Shown here in pieces: positions 8,765 through 18,683 of a stretch of DNA of 64,000 nt (the stretch's first letter is position 1; each line of letters begins with the position of its first letter). Under the pieces are notes generated by a model that was given only the letters and a program-made list of their open reading frames with translations, did not search any database and had not been told where the DNA came from. Both the position numbers and the translations under genes were made by a program. The stretch lies in NCBI GenBank assembly GCA_965215565.1, contig CBDCDZ010000004.1, positions 4,000,001 to 4,064,000 of the forward strand, written 5' to 3'. The DNA comes from Trueperaceae bacterium (lineage in GTDB: Bacteria; Deinococcota; Deinococci; Deinococcales; Trueperaceae).

Positions 8765-11700
8765 GTGATCGACCTCGTCGCTTTTTTCGTTCGGCGCTTC
8801 GTGCTCGCCATCAGCGTCTTCTTAGCGATCTTCCTCTTCGGTCTCATCGGCTTCTTGAACACGGGCATCAGCCTCTTGCCGGAGGTGGACATCCCGGTGG
8901 TCAGCGTGTCCACCGCGTATCCGGGCGCAAGCCCGACTGAGGTGGTGGAGCAAGTGAGTGAGCCGCTCGAGAGCGCGCTGACCTCTCTAGAGGGCCTCGA
9001 CTCCATCTCGTCGACCTCGTCAGAGGGCTTCAGCTTGGTCATCGTCAACTTCACCTCGGGCACCGATCCTGACCAAGCCGCGACGGACGTCAACCAGCAG
9101 GTCAGCGCGGTCGTGAATACCCTGCCAGACGACGCTGAGACGCCCTCCGTCGACACCTTTGACCCGAACGAGCAGCCGATCTTAGACGTCGCTGTCGCCG
9201 CCGAAGGGGAGAGCATCTCGGCGGTACAGACGTATGTCGAGGACGAGGTGGACCTCGCCTTGCAGCGCACCGAGGGCGTCGCAGACGTGTCCATCGTCAG
9301 CCCCGTCGCGCAGCAGATCGAGGTGCTCTTAGACCCCGCCGCGCTGAGCGGCTTCAACCTGAGCCCGCAGGGGGTGGCGAACGCGATTCGCTCGTCCGCC
9401 GTGACTGTGCCCGCAGGCGACTTGCGCGTGGACGACGAGCGCGTCCTGCTCATCGGGCGCAACACGCCCGCGAGTTTGGCGCAAGTCGAGGAGATTCCGG
9501 TTGACTTAGCAAGGGGGCTGCGCGTGCGCGACGTCGCTTCGGTGCGCGACGAGACGACGGAGCAAGACAGCTTTACGCGCCTAAACGGGACGCCCGTCGT
9601 CGTTTTGGAGGTGCGCAAGCGTTCAGGCGCGAACTCCGTGGCTACCGCTGATAGGGTGCGCGAGACGCTCGCCGGGCTCAACCTGCCCGAGAACTACAGC
9701 GCAGAAATCGTCGGCGACGAGACGGAATTTATCGCCAACACGGTCTCCGCCACCTCGTCGCAGATTTTCCTCGTCGTCTTTATCGTGGCGTTCGTCGTCC
9801 TTATCTTCGTAGGCAATTTGGGTGCGGTCTTCTCCGTGATGCTCGCCGTCCCCATCTCGCTCGCGGGCGCACTTATCTTCTTCGACCTCTTAGGGTTTAC
9901 CTTCAATATCATCACGCTACTTGCCATCACGGTGGCTATCGGCATCGTCGTAGATGATTCGATCGTCATCGCCGAGAACATCACGCGGCTGCGCGAAGAG
10001 GGGCTGCGTGGGCGCGAGGCGGTCATCCAGGGCGCGGGCGAGGTCTCGGCAGCGGTCTTAGCCTCGACGCTCTCGCTCCTAGCGGTGTTCTTACCCATCT
10101 CCTTTTTGCCGGGACAAATCGGCGAGTTCTTCTCGCAGTTCGGGCTCACCCTGGCCATCACGATTGCGTTTTCGTACCTCGAGGCATTGTTCTTCCTCAC
10201 CGTGCGCATGGCGTACCTGCCCAACCCCTTGCCGCCGACGTGGTCACAGCTAGGCGGCGCGGCGAGCCGCCTTGGAGCGGACGCCAGAGTGATTTTCAGC
10301 ACCTTGACGACGCTCTGGTTCTGGCTCCTCTTCGTGGCGTTGGGGGTGGCGCTCTACTTCGCGGGACCCAACCTCTTCGCTACCGGTCTTCCTGACTTCG
10401 TCTATCCCCTCGGCGCACTCCTCTTGCCCCTCCTTCTCTTTGTGGGGCTCTACTTGGGGCGCTTGCTCCTCTTCTTTGTAGGCGCGGTTGCCCGCAGCTT
10501 TTACGAGGCGGGTGACTGGCTCATCACGAGGCTGCGCTCGGGCTACGGCGCGCTCCTCAACGTTTTGCTCGGTAACGCCGTGTTCGTTATGATCGCCGCC
10601 GCAGGGCTTTTCGCGAGCCTCTTTTTCGTCGCGCCGCGTCTGGGTTTTAACTTCACGCCGCCCATCGACTCGGGGCAGCTCAGCGTGTCGCTCGAGCTGC
10701 CCACCGGTACCAGCCTGACCGAGACGAACCGCGTGACGAGTATCGTCGAGCGGGCGCTCTTTGATGACCCGCTCGTGACCAGTGTTCTTTCAACCATCGG
10801 CGCGCAAGGGAACGCCCAAGGTCAGGCGACGGGCAACGCCAACGCGGAGCGCGCCGAGCTGTTCGTCGAACTCGTCAGCAAGGAGGCGCGCCAGAAGCAG
10901 ACCGCCGCGCTCGCCGTCGATTTCGAATCGCGCTTAGAAGAGGTCTTGGCGGACGAAGTCAACGTAGACCTGAGCGTCTCCGCCGCGCAGCAAGCCGGGC
11001 CGCCGGGCACGGCGGAGTATCAACTCGATCTGGGCTCGTCCGACTTGCCCCTACTCCGCGAACGCACGGACGAAGCCCTCGCTATCCTGCGCGATACGCC
11101 CGGACTGCGCAATCCCGAGTCGAACCTGAGCGAGACGGTGAGCGAACAGGTCTTCGTCGTAGACACCGCCGAACTCATCGGCGCGGGGCTCAGCGCCGAA
11201 GCGGTCTACGGCGCACTGCGCGCCTACAACGTCGGCTTGGACGCGGCGCAGGTGCGCCGCGAAGGGGAGGAGCTTCCCATCCTCGTCCGGGCGGACCCGC
11301 TCGTCTTAGCGGACCAGCAGGCGCTCCTGTCGCTGCCCGTCTTTCCGCCCGCCCAGAGCGCATCTCAGACGCAAGGGGGCGGCAGCGTACAACTCGGCAC
11401 CTTGGGGCGCTTCGAACAGCGCGAGGCTCCCTCCGCGATCAGCCGCACGAATCAGACCTTCTCCGCTACCCTCACCGCGAGCACCGCGCCCGGCGGACCG
11501 CCGCTGAGCGAGATTCGTAGCAACGTCGAGGAGACCTTGCGGCGCGAAGGTATCGTTGGAGAGGGCGTCTCGCTCCTTACAGGTACAGGACCCAACCTCA
11601 CCGGCGACTTGCAGCGCGTCGCGCCCATCGCCTTCGGTCTGGCGCTCCTGCTCAACTACCTCGTCATCGCGAGCCAGTTCAACACCTTTCGCTACCCCCT

Positions 11701-12163
11701 CTACATCCTGCTCAGCGTGCCTTTGGCGCTCGTCGGGGCGATGTGGCTCTTTTTCCTGACGGGTACAGCCTTGGACATCAACAGCGTGCTGGGTTTCGTT
11801 ATCTTGATCGGGCTCGTGACGAAAACCGCGATTCTCCTCCTAGATGTGGTCCAGTCGCGCCAGGAAGAGGGTGCGGAGCTGCGCAAAGCCCTCGTCGAGG
11901 CGGGCAAGCTCCGCTTCCGCCCCATCCTCATGACGACGCTGACGGTCATCGTCATCGGCTTGCCGCTCCTCTTAGGCGGCGGCGAAGGCAGTGAGTTCCG
12001 GCGTCCTCTAGGGCTGGTCATCCTAGGCGGCGTGGTGAGTTCGTCCTTGTTGACGCTCTTTGTCGTACCGGCGGCGTTCTACCTCTTCGAGCGTGGGCGC
12101 TTCGAGAAGGAGCAGGAACGCTCCGAACCGAGCGGCGAGCTGCGCGGGGTGAGCACGGACTGA
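8765..12163 (+). CDS. RND transporter permease (AcrB/AcrD/AcrF family)
   Basis: YPGASP, GIVVDDSIVIAENI, GLVTKTAILLLD, RFRPILMTT; proton-relay residues present; no MFP or OMF gene adjacent. Confidence 0.95.
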   Translation: MIDLVAFFVRRFVLAISVFLAIFLFGLIGFLNTGISLLPEVDIPVVSVSTAYPGASPTEVVEQVSEPLESALTSLEGLDSISSTSSEGFSLVIVNFTSGTDPDQAATDVNQQVSAVVNTLPDDAETPSVDTFDPNEQPILDVAVAAEGESISAVQTYVEDEVDLALQRTEGVADVSIVSPVAQQIEVLLDPAALSGFNLSPQGVANAIRSSAVTVPAGDLRVDDERVLLIGRNTPASLAQVEEIPVDLARGLRVRDVASVRDETTEQDSFTRLNGTPVVVLEVRKRSGANSVATADRVRETLAGLNLPENYSAEIVGDETEFIANTVSATSSQIFLVVFIVAFVVLIFVGNLGAVFSVMLAVPISLAGALIFFDLLGFTFNIITLLAITVAIGIVVDDSIVIAENITRLREEGLRGREAVIQGAGEVSAAVLASTLSLLAVFLPISFLPGQIGEFFSQFGLTLAITIAFSYLEALFFLTVRMAYLPNPLPPTWSQLGGAASRLGADARVIFSTLTTLWFWLLFVALGVALYFAGPNLFATGLPDFVYPLGALLLPLLLFVGLYLGRLLLFFVGAVARSFYEAGDWLITRLRSGYGALLNVLLGNAVFVMIAAAGLFASLFFVAPRLGFNFTPPIDSGQLSVSLELPTGTSLTETNRVTSIVERALFDDPLVTSVLSTIGAQGNAQGQATGNANAERAELFVELVSKEARQKQTAALAVDFESRLEEVLADEVNVDLSVSAAQQAGPPGTAEYQLDLGSSDLPLLRERTDEALAILRDTPGLRNPESNLSETVSEQVFVVDTAELIGAGLSAEAVYGALRAYNVGLDAAQVRREGEELPILVRADPLVLADQQALLSLPVFPPAQSASQTQGGGSVQLGTLGRFEQREAPSAISRTNQTFSATLTASTAPGGPPLSEIRSNVEETLRREGIVGEGVSLLTGTGPNLTGDLQRVAPIAFGLALLLNYLVIASQFNTFRYPLYILLSVPLALVGAMWLFFLTGTALDINSVLGFVILIGLVTKTAILLLDVVQSRQEEGAELRKALVEAGKLRFRPILMTTLTVIVIGLPLLLGGGEGSEFRRPLGLVILGGVVSSSLLTLFVVPAAFYLFERGRFEKEQERSEPSGELRGVSTD

Positions 12164-12176
12164 CCCTCCTAACCTC

Positions 12177-12208
12177 TTGTCATTGGGTAAGGCTTACCAT
12201 TTGGTAAG
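12177..12208. promoter_or_regulatory. Putative Crp/Fnr-type operator pair
   Basis: TTGTC-N4-GGTAA and the palindrome TTACC-ATTT-GGTAA (14-bp Fnr-like geometry) upstream of the dehydrogenase-Crp operon. Confidence 0.5.
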
Positions 12209-12285
12209 GCGTCGCAGCGCGGTGAGGTTTAAGCTGTCAGCAGGCTCGAGCCTCACCGAGCCCGGCACAAGAAGGGACTGACGCT

Positions 12286-13149
12286 ATGAACGTAGGTTTT
12301 ATCGGCTTAGGTATCATGGGCAGCCGCATGGCGGCGAACCTCACGAAAGAGGGGCACACCCTCACCGTCCATAACCGCACGAAGGAAAAGGCTGAGGATG
12401 TGTTGGCGCAGGGCGCAACCTGGGCGGACTCGCCCGCTGCCGCGGTGAAAGAGGTCGAGGTCCTCATCACCATGCTCGCGCACCCTAAGGCGGTAGAGGA
12501 GACCGCGCTAGGCGACGGGGGTTTTTTGGACGCGATGAACGAGGGGCAACTGTGGGTGGACTCGAGCACCCTCAACCCGAGCTTCTCGAGGCGCATGGCG
12601 AAGGAGGCAACCGCAAGAGGTGTCCGCTTTTTGGATGCGCCCGTCGCAGGCACGAAAGCCCCCGCTGAGAGCGGCGACCTCGTCTTCTTCGTCGGTGGTG
12701 AGGCTGCGGATATAGAAGAGGTGCAACCTCTCTTTGACGCGGTGGGTAGAGCGACCAAGCACGTCGGCGCACACGGCATGGGCACCTCACTCAAAGTCGT
12801 CGTGAACCATATGCTCGCCACCTCGATGGCGGCGTTTGCCGAAGGAATCGTGTTAGGAGAAGGGCTTGGGGTACCGCAAGAGGTACTGTTCGATACGCTG
12901 ATTGGCGGACCGCTTGTGCCTGCATACTTGGGGATGAAGCGGGAGAAGTTGGAGGCGCAAGACTACGTCCCCGACTTTCCGCTAAAATGGATGCAGAAGG
13001 ATATGCAGATGGTCGCGACTGCCGCCTATGACGTAGGCGTTCCGATGCCCCTAGCCAACCTCACCAAAGAGCTTTACCAGGGCGCGGTTAAGCGTGGACA
13101 TGGCGATAAGGACTTCTCAGCGATTTACGAAGATGTCAAGCAAGGTTGA
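12286..13149 (+). CDS. NAD(P)-dependent beta-hydroxyacid dehydrogenase (HIBADH/6PGD NAD-binding family)
   Basis: GFIGLGIMG, DAPVAG, LKVVVN, KDM motifs. Confidence 0.9.
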   Translation: MNVGFIGLGIMGSRMAANLTKEGHTLTVHNRTKEKAEDVLAQGATWADSPAAAVKEVEVLITMLAHPKAVEETALGDGGFLDAMNEGQLWVDSSTLNPSFSRRMAKEATARGVRFLDAPVAGTKAPAESGDLVFFVGGEAADIEEVQPLFDAVGRATKHVGAHGMGTSLKVVVNHMLATSMAAFAEGIVLGEGLGVPQEVLFDTLIGGPLVPAYLGMKREKLEAQDYVPDFPLKWMQKDMQMVATAAYDVGVPMPLANLTKELYQGAVKRGHGDKDFSAIYEDVKQG

Positions 13150-13155
13150 TGTTTT

Positions 13156-13761
13156 ATGCTAAGCACCCAAACCAACTTCGACCACCTGAAATTCGCCGCG
13201 CAGGAGTGGGTCACGCTCACCGAGCGTCAGTGGCGCACCTTCGCGGGAATCTTCGAAGCTAGAACGTTAGAGGCAGGCGGACACCTGCACTACCCAGGCG
13301 ACAGCGCGCACAAGCTTATCTTCGTGAGCAGGGGGCTCTTGCGGTTCTATTACCCTGCCGAGGACGGCAAGGAGTCCAACAAGGCATTTTTGACCGAGGG
13401 CGCGTTTGGCGGCGCGTTGGCGGCGGCGTCTTTAGGACTACCTCTCATCTACGGTGTGGAGGCGCTCGAGGAGACCTCGCTCCTCGCGGCTGACCTGGCT
13501 GACCTCTCCGCCCTCTACGACGAGCACCCCATCTTCGACCGCTTCGGGCGCAAGTTAGCCGAGCACATCTTGATGCGAAAAGAGGTGCGGGTGCGCAGGT
13601 TGCTTCAGCAGAGTGCGAAAGAGCGCTACCTGGCGCTGCGTCAGGCGCAACCCACCCTTGTCAAGCGTGTAGCGCAGTATCATCTTGCGTCTTATCTGGG
13701 GGTTACGGAGGCGTCACTCTCGAGGCTCAAACGCGAACTCACTGAGGCGCACTATGCGTAG
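13156..13761 (+). CDS. Crp/Fnr family transcriptional regulator
   Basis: cNMP-like domain (GLLRFYY...DGKE) and C-terminal HTH LASYLGVTEASLSRLK. Confidence 0.9.
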   Translation: MLSTQTNFDHLKFAAQEWVTLTERQWRTFAGIFEARTLEAGGHLHYPGDSAHKLIFVSRGLLRFYYPAEDGKESNKAFLTEGAFGGALAAASLGLPLIYGVEALEETSLLAADLADLSALYDEHPIFDRFGRKLAEHILMRKEVRVRRLLQQSAKERYLALRQAQPTLVKRVAQYHLASYLGVTEASLSRLKRELTEAHYA

Positions 13762-13790
13762 CATGTGAATGCCCCTCTGATTACGCCGTC

Positions 13791-13818
13791 GTAGGGGTGA
13801 TTCATGAATCACCCCTAC
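13791..13818. repeat. GTAG-type REP-like palindrome
   Basis: GTAGGGGTGATTCATGAATCACCCCTAC, perfect 28-bp palindrome between convergent genes. Confidence 0.75.
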
Positions 13819-13856
13819 CCAGCGCTGCATCACATGTTGTCTCGAGTACAGTCCTA

Positions 13857-14819
13857 CTACGAGTTCGCGTAGGTCAACCACTGTGTAAACTCGGGAATCT
13901 CACCCCGCGTCGCCTTGAGGTAGGTCTCACGCATCTTTAAGGAATACTCGCCCGCTTTGCCCGTCCCGATAGGACGACGGTCGATGCTCGCTATGGGCGT
14001 GACCTCGGCGGCGGTCCCCACCATGAAGATTTCGTCCGCGATGTAAAGCTCATCCCGCGTCGCCATCGTCGCTTCAACGGGCGTGCCCATCCACTTCGCA
14101 AGTTTGACCACAGAATCCCTCGTGATACCGCGCAAATTCACCGAGTGCGCAATTGGGAAGAGCGTCCCATTTTTGAGGAAGAAGATGTTCTCGCCCGAAC
14201 CCTCTGCCACAAAGCCCTCTTTGTCCAGTAAAAGCGCCTCGTCGAAGCCACCCTGCCGCGCCTCTTGGTTCGCCAAGACCGAGTTGATGTAGTTGCCGCC
14301 CGCCTTAGACTTCGTGGGCATCACGTCGCCGGGGCTCCTGCGCCACGAACTCGTGACAAGCCGTGCGCCGTTCTTGATGGCGTCTTCGCCCAAATAGACG
14401 CCCCAAGGCATCGTCGCCACCATGAAGTGCACCTTGTTCTTGCCGGGGTTGACGCCCAAAGACTCCGCGCCGTACCAGAGGAGCGGGCGGATGTAGCACG
14501 ACTTTCGCTCGTTTTTGCGGATGGTCTCTAAAATTGCCTCGTTGATCTCGTCCACCGAATAGGGTGAGTCCATCCCTAAAATCTTGGCGGAGTCGATGAG
14601 CCGCTGCGAATGCTCCTGCAAGCGGAAGACCGCCGCACCCTTCTCCGTCTCATACGCGCGGATGCCCTCGAAGACGCTCGTGCCGTAGTGCATGGCGTGG
14701 GTTAAAACCGAGACCTTCGCTTCGCTCTCTGGCATCATTTCGCCGTCGAACCAGATTAAGCCTGCGTTTAAGGCTGAGGTGCTTTGTGGGGCGTTTTTTT
14801 CGGTCATGGGGACTGTCAT
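13857..14819 (-). CDS. ilvE: Branched-chain amino acid aminotransferase
   Basis: HYGTSVFEGIRAY, KAGGNY, EGSGENIF, GITR, GTAAEVTP. Confidence 0.95.
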   Translation of the reverse strand: MTVPMTEKNAPQSTSALNAGLIWFDGEMMPESEAKVSVLTHAMHYGTSVFEGIRAYETEKGAAVFRLQEHSQRLIDSAKILGMDSPYSVDEINEAILETIRKNERKSCYIRPLLWYGAESLGVNPGKNKVHFMVATMPWGVYLGEDAIKNGARLVTSSWRRSPGDVMPTKSKAGGNYINSVLANQEARQGGFDEALLLDKEGFVAEGSGENIFFLKNGTLFPIAHSVNLRGITRDSVVKLAKWMGTPVEATMATRDELYIADEIFMVGTAAEVTPIASIDRRPIGTGKAGEYSLKMRETYLKATRGEIPEFTQWLTYANS

Positions 14820-14954
14820 TGTAGAACCTCCAGATACGTGCTAACTACGTGAGGTTACTATACGACAGCCCAAAGAGGTCATGAGGCGTTGTTGGCTGGG
14901 GTGGGAAACAAAAAAGCCCCCGGAGGGGCATCTTTTCCTACGTTTAAGAGCGAG

Positions 14955-16445
14955 CTACTTCTCGTTCACATTTAAGCCGTACTTGACGGTTGTGACCACT
15001 AAAGTAGCCCATAAGCTCCAGGTAATAAGTACCTGCTGTTAGCACACGTGATAGCGAACCCTGATAAGCCTCGTCAACAAGCTCTCCTTGTTCATTATGC
15101 AAGCTCATATAGGGAAAACCATTTTCGTATGCTTGAAGCGTAATGGCGATGTGTTTCGTTTCCTCCAATGTAAACCTAAAAATGTCGCTGTCGTCCTCTG
15201 TAAGGAGCAGCGCGTCCTGTGAAAATCCGAGAGCAACCTCTTGGGCGTTTTCGAACGTGTCGTTGGGTTCGTAGTCGATTTGGGGGACATCTTCTTTCGA
15301 GATGGTGAGCGGATAAGAAAGACCTCTGCCATTGTAGGTGTCTGCGTCGTCGGGTAGCCTGAGCGATAGGCGGTAGGTTCCTGCAGGAAGAACAAATGAG
15401 TCTGCGGCGCTCGTTCCGAACATGAATTCGCGTCTCATCTCGCCTGTATCCTCGTAGATAGCGCCTATTAAAGGGTAGAAGCTAGGGCTATTCTTGCGGT
15501 TGAGCGTAACAAGTTGCTCCTTGTCGAGGGTGAAGCTGAACCAATCTTCGTCCGCTTTGTAGGTGAAGAAATCGCCTGAAAAAGGCAGCGTGATCTCAGT
15601 TGCTTGACTGAAGCTGTTGTTAGGCTCAAAGTCTTTATCCGGGATAGGCTGGCTGCTGACACCGAGTGAATAGCCGACGCCTGCACTGCGCATATCTTCA
15701 TATGGGCGTAGGTACAAATAGTAGGTGTCAGGCTCGAGCGCGAGCGTAGGTACCGAAGACATGTGCAACTCCTCGTATTCCTCTATCTTGCTGTTATAGA
15801 GCGTGCGTTCATGACTGTAAGTTTCCCCGAAATTAAAGGTCAGAATCTGAGCTTTCTCGAGCGTAAAGGTGTACCAGTCCTCGTCCCCTTCAGGCAAGAA
15901 CGCCTCTCGAGCATTTGGACCGAGTTCGATTTCGGTGGCGGTTTGCAAGGTGTCGTTAGGCTCCAAAGCGGCGTCTGGAAACGCTTCTGTAGAGACGCTA
16001 ATGCTGTACGTGCGCGTGTCCGAGTAAACAAAGCCTGAGAGCCAGAGAAAGTATTCGCCCGCCGGAAGGTACTGATACGCTTCACCTGTTACACCTACGC
16101 CGTCGTCACCAAAACTAAAACTCGCCATAGCGTACTCCGATATCACCATAGATAGACGCAGAAGCGTGCCAGTACCTAGCGCTGGCGCTTTGGCGCTGAC
16201 GTTGATTAGAGTCGCTTCAGCGAGCGTAAAGGTAAACCACTCATCATCTTGCAAGACGAGGTCGGCTTGATAGTTGATGCTGATTTCTGCCGCTTCGCTC
16301 TCTGCTGTTGTTGGGCTCGAGCGCGTCATCTGTAACGGTGGGTGGATATACGTCTGCGTAGCTGTCGCAGCCTCGAGAGTAGCCCAGCGAGAAGAAGACT
16401 TGCTAACGAAGCCGCGACGCGGAAACGGTAAGGTAATTTCTTCAT
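14955..16445 (-). pseudogene. Frameshifted lipoprotein with EPNN/EPND (PPC-like) repeats, paralog of 16599-18449
   Basis: Signal peptide MKKLPYRF...LAGLL, then GCDSY...DDALEPNNSRE in another frame, then EAAEISINYQ in a third; alternative-frame C-terminus VKYGLNVNEK-stop matches the paralog; extra bases near 16374, 16297 and 14997. Confidence 0.75.
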
Positions 16446-16598
16446 GGATAAGGTGTCCTTTTCGTATGGTGTAAGCCCGGAGAGGCTCAAAATGTATCGT
16501 AGCGATTTCATTTCTATAACCGCAGTAAAAATCTAGCTTTCTTGTTCAAGAGATGAGCCCCCGAGTGGCTCGAGGGCTTTTGCTCAATTCATTCCCAG

Positions 16599-18449
16599 TT
16601 ACTGGCTTTTCCGGATGCTGAACCCGTACCTTTGCGTAATGCCGTAGGTCGAGACCCTTACGTAGTAGGTTCCCGGCGCGAGCACAGGTGATTGATCGTC
16701 GTAGCGCAAGTTATAGTTGGGGTCGTATTCGCCCTCTTCGTACAAATCCAGGTTGGGCAAGCCGCTACCGCTATCTTTGAGAACGAAGTCCACTTGCGTC
16801 GTACTTTCGAGTGTAAAGCTAAACCAGTCCTCGTCGTCCTCTGAGACAAGCAAGTTGCCGTCTGCAAAGTCTAAGGAGACGGGGTGCGCCGTTTCACGGG
16901 TATCGTTGGGTTCGTATTCCAGGTCGGGTACGCCTTCGCTCGTAATAGAGAGTGCGTAGGCAAAGTTGTCACCCGAGTAGCGTGAGTTGCTCAGCGAGAC
17001 GTAGTAGGTATCCGCAGGTAGGATGAACGAGACGGCTCCAGCCGCATAGAGCGAAAAGGTGCGCCCGCCGTCTATTTTCGTTCCTTCGTCCGTGTAGAAA
17101 GTTCCACTAAGGTCACTGTAGTTTTTGTCGCTACGCTCTAGCGTGACGAGCTGCTCTTCGGTGAGCGTGAAGCTAAACCAGTCCTGGTCGCTTTCGGTCA
17201 TGTAGAGGTCGGCGCTGTAGGGTAGTGATAGAGAGGTGGCGGTGTTAAAGCTGTTGTTGGGCTCTAGAGCGGCGTCGGGTAGGGGTTTACTGCTAAGCGT
17301 GACAGGATAGATAAGTCCACCGTCGGAAAAGCTGCTGTAGTTGTAGACGCGCAGATAGTGTTTGCCTGCCTCGAGCGTGAGGGTAAAGGCGTCACCCCTA
17401 TAACTGCTGCCCCTATACGTTTCTAAGTCGGCGTTGTAGAGCGCGTAAGAGAGGTCGTAGGAGCTGTCGCCCAGGTCGAAGGTAACGAGCCGAGCGTCGG
17501 TGAGCGTGAAGGAGAACCAGTCTTCGTCGTCTTGGCTGAGAAACATCTGTTGAGTGAAATCGGCTGACATTTCTGTGGCGCTCTCGGAGGTGTTGTTAGG
17601 TTCTAAAGCAGCGTCGGGGAGTGGGCCGCTCGAGAGGATGAGGGTGTAGCTTTGGTTCCTAGGTACGTCGTCGCCGTCGAGAGAAAGATAGTAGGTGCCG
17701 GCAGGAAGCTGAATGGACCGCGCCGAAGCGAAGTCCGCCGCGCCGAGTTCGAAACCAACCACCTGGTTTTGCGCGTCGTCGTAGAGGTTCGCGTAGGTAT
17801 AGAAGTTGTCCGCCTCCACTCCAACGGTGAGAAGTTGCTCCTCACTCAAAGTGAACGTGAACCAGTCGTCGTCTTGCAAGACGAGGTCGGCTCGGTAATC
17901 GAGTTCGATTTCGGCGGCTTCCTCTCGGTTGTTATTAGGCTCTAAAGCGTCGTCTTCGGTGGGGGTTTGAGGCTCGCCAGGTTTGTCGCTGCCACGCTGG
18001 AAGTTGACCTCGATGGAGAACTTGCCCGGTCTGCCATCCTCGCATTCGACGCCGTCAACTTCGGTGAGCGTCCCTGAAACACCTGAAGATTTGAACGTGA
18101 GGTCGGCGTTGAACAAGATAAACTCGTAGCTCCAGTCATCGAAGAATTCCGCTGTGCCCGTGAGTTTGCCCGAGGACGCGGCGCGGCCCGAGAACGAACC
18201 GAAGTAGAAATCGCCGTAGTCGTTTATCAGTGCTATATCACCGTAGACGCTTTCGCCGTCGCTCTCCAAGCTGAGGTCCATCTGAAGTCCTATGTAACTT
18301 GTCTCGCCGCAGACTTCGGCTCGAGCCTTCGTATCCACCCACTCGCCGCTAAGCGTCTCGAGAGGTGGCGGCGCAGAACTGCCGCAGCTAGCGAGTAAAC
18401 CTGTGAGCGCTAAGCTCAGGCTCGCCATGAGATAAAAAGATGTTTTCAT
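16599..18449 (-). CDS. Lipoprotein with four tandem PPC-like (pre-peptidase C-terminal) beta-sandwich repeats
   Basis: Start MKTSFYL after GAGGGAG; lipobox LASC; repeats D..EPNN...DxDWFxFTL...LYxxD...LPAGTYY. Confidence 0.8.
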   Translation of the reverse strand: MKTSFYLMASLSLALTGLLASCGSSAPPPLETLSGEWVDTKARAEVCGETSYIGLQMDLSLESDGESVYGDIALINDYGDFYFGSFSGRAASSGKLTGTAEFFDDWSYEFILFNADLTFKSSGVSGTLTEVDGVECEDGRPGKFSIEVNFQRGSDKPGEPQTPTEDDALEPNNNREEAAEIELDYRADLVLQDDDWFTFTLSEEQLLTVGVEADNFYTYANLYDDAQNQVVGFELGAADFASARSIQLPAGTYYLSLDGDDVPRNQSYTLILSSGPLPDAALEPNNTSESATEMSADFTQQMFLSQDDEDWFSFTLTDARLVTFDLGDSSYDLSYALYNADLETYRGSSYRGDAFTLTLEAGKHYLRVYNYSSFSDGGLIYPVTLSSKPLPDAALEPNNSFNTATSLSLPYSADLYMTESDQDWFSFTLTEEQLVTLERSDKNYSDLSGTFYTDEGTKIDGGRTFSLYAAGAVSFILPADTYYVSLSNSRYSGDNFAYALSITSEGVPDLEYEPNDTRETAHPVSLDFADGNLLVSEDDEDWFSFTLESTTQVDFVLKDSGSGLPNLDLYEEGEYDPNYNLRYDDQSPVLAPGTYYVRVSTYGITQRYGFSIRKSQ

Positions 18450-18683
18450 AAAACGAACTCCCTCTAAGAATGAATTAGACCTGAAGAGGTCCAACGTATC
18501 GTAGCGGGGTCGGTCTTACAGAATTAGCACACTGGCGCTGTAAAACTCTCGGAGCGTCTTTAGCTCTTAAAATTGGATAGGCTACTCCTATGAGTGTCTT
18601 CGTTACAGGCGGCGTTAATAGCGGACTCAGGTCTCATCAAACTCGAGCTTCGTCGGCAGCCGGAGCCCGAATTTTCAATAGAG

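Noticed and set aside
8701..9681. Long antisense ORFs (also 61434-62177, 60552-61226, 48572-49240, 7953-8555)
   Set aside because: Shadow frames of GC-rich genes with no recognisable motifs
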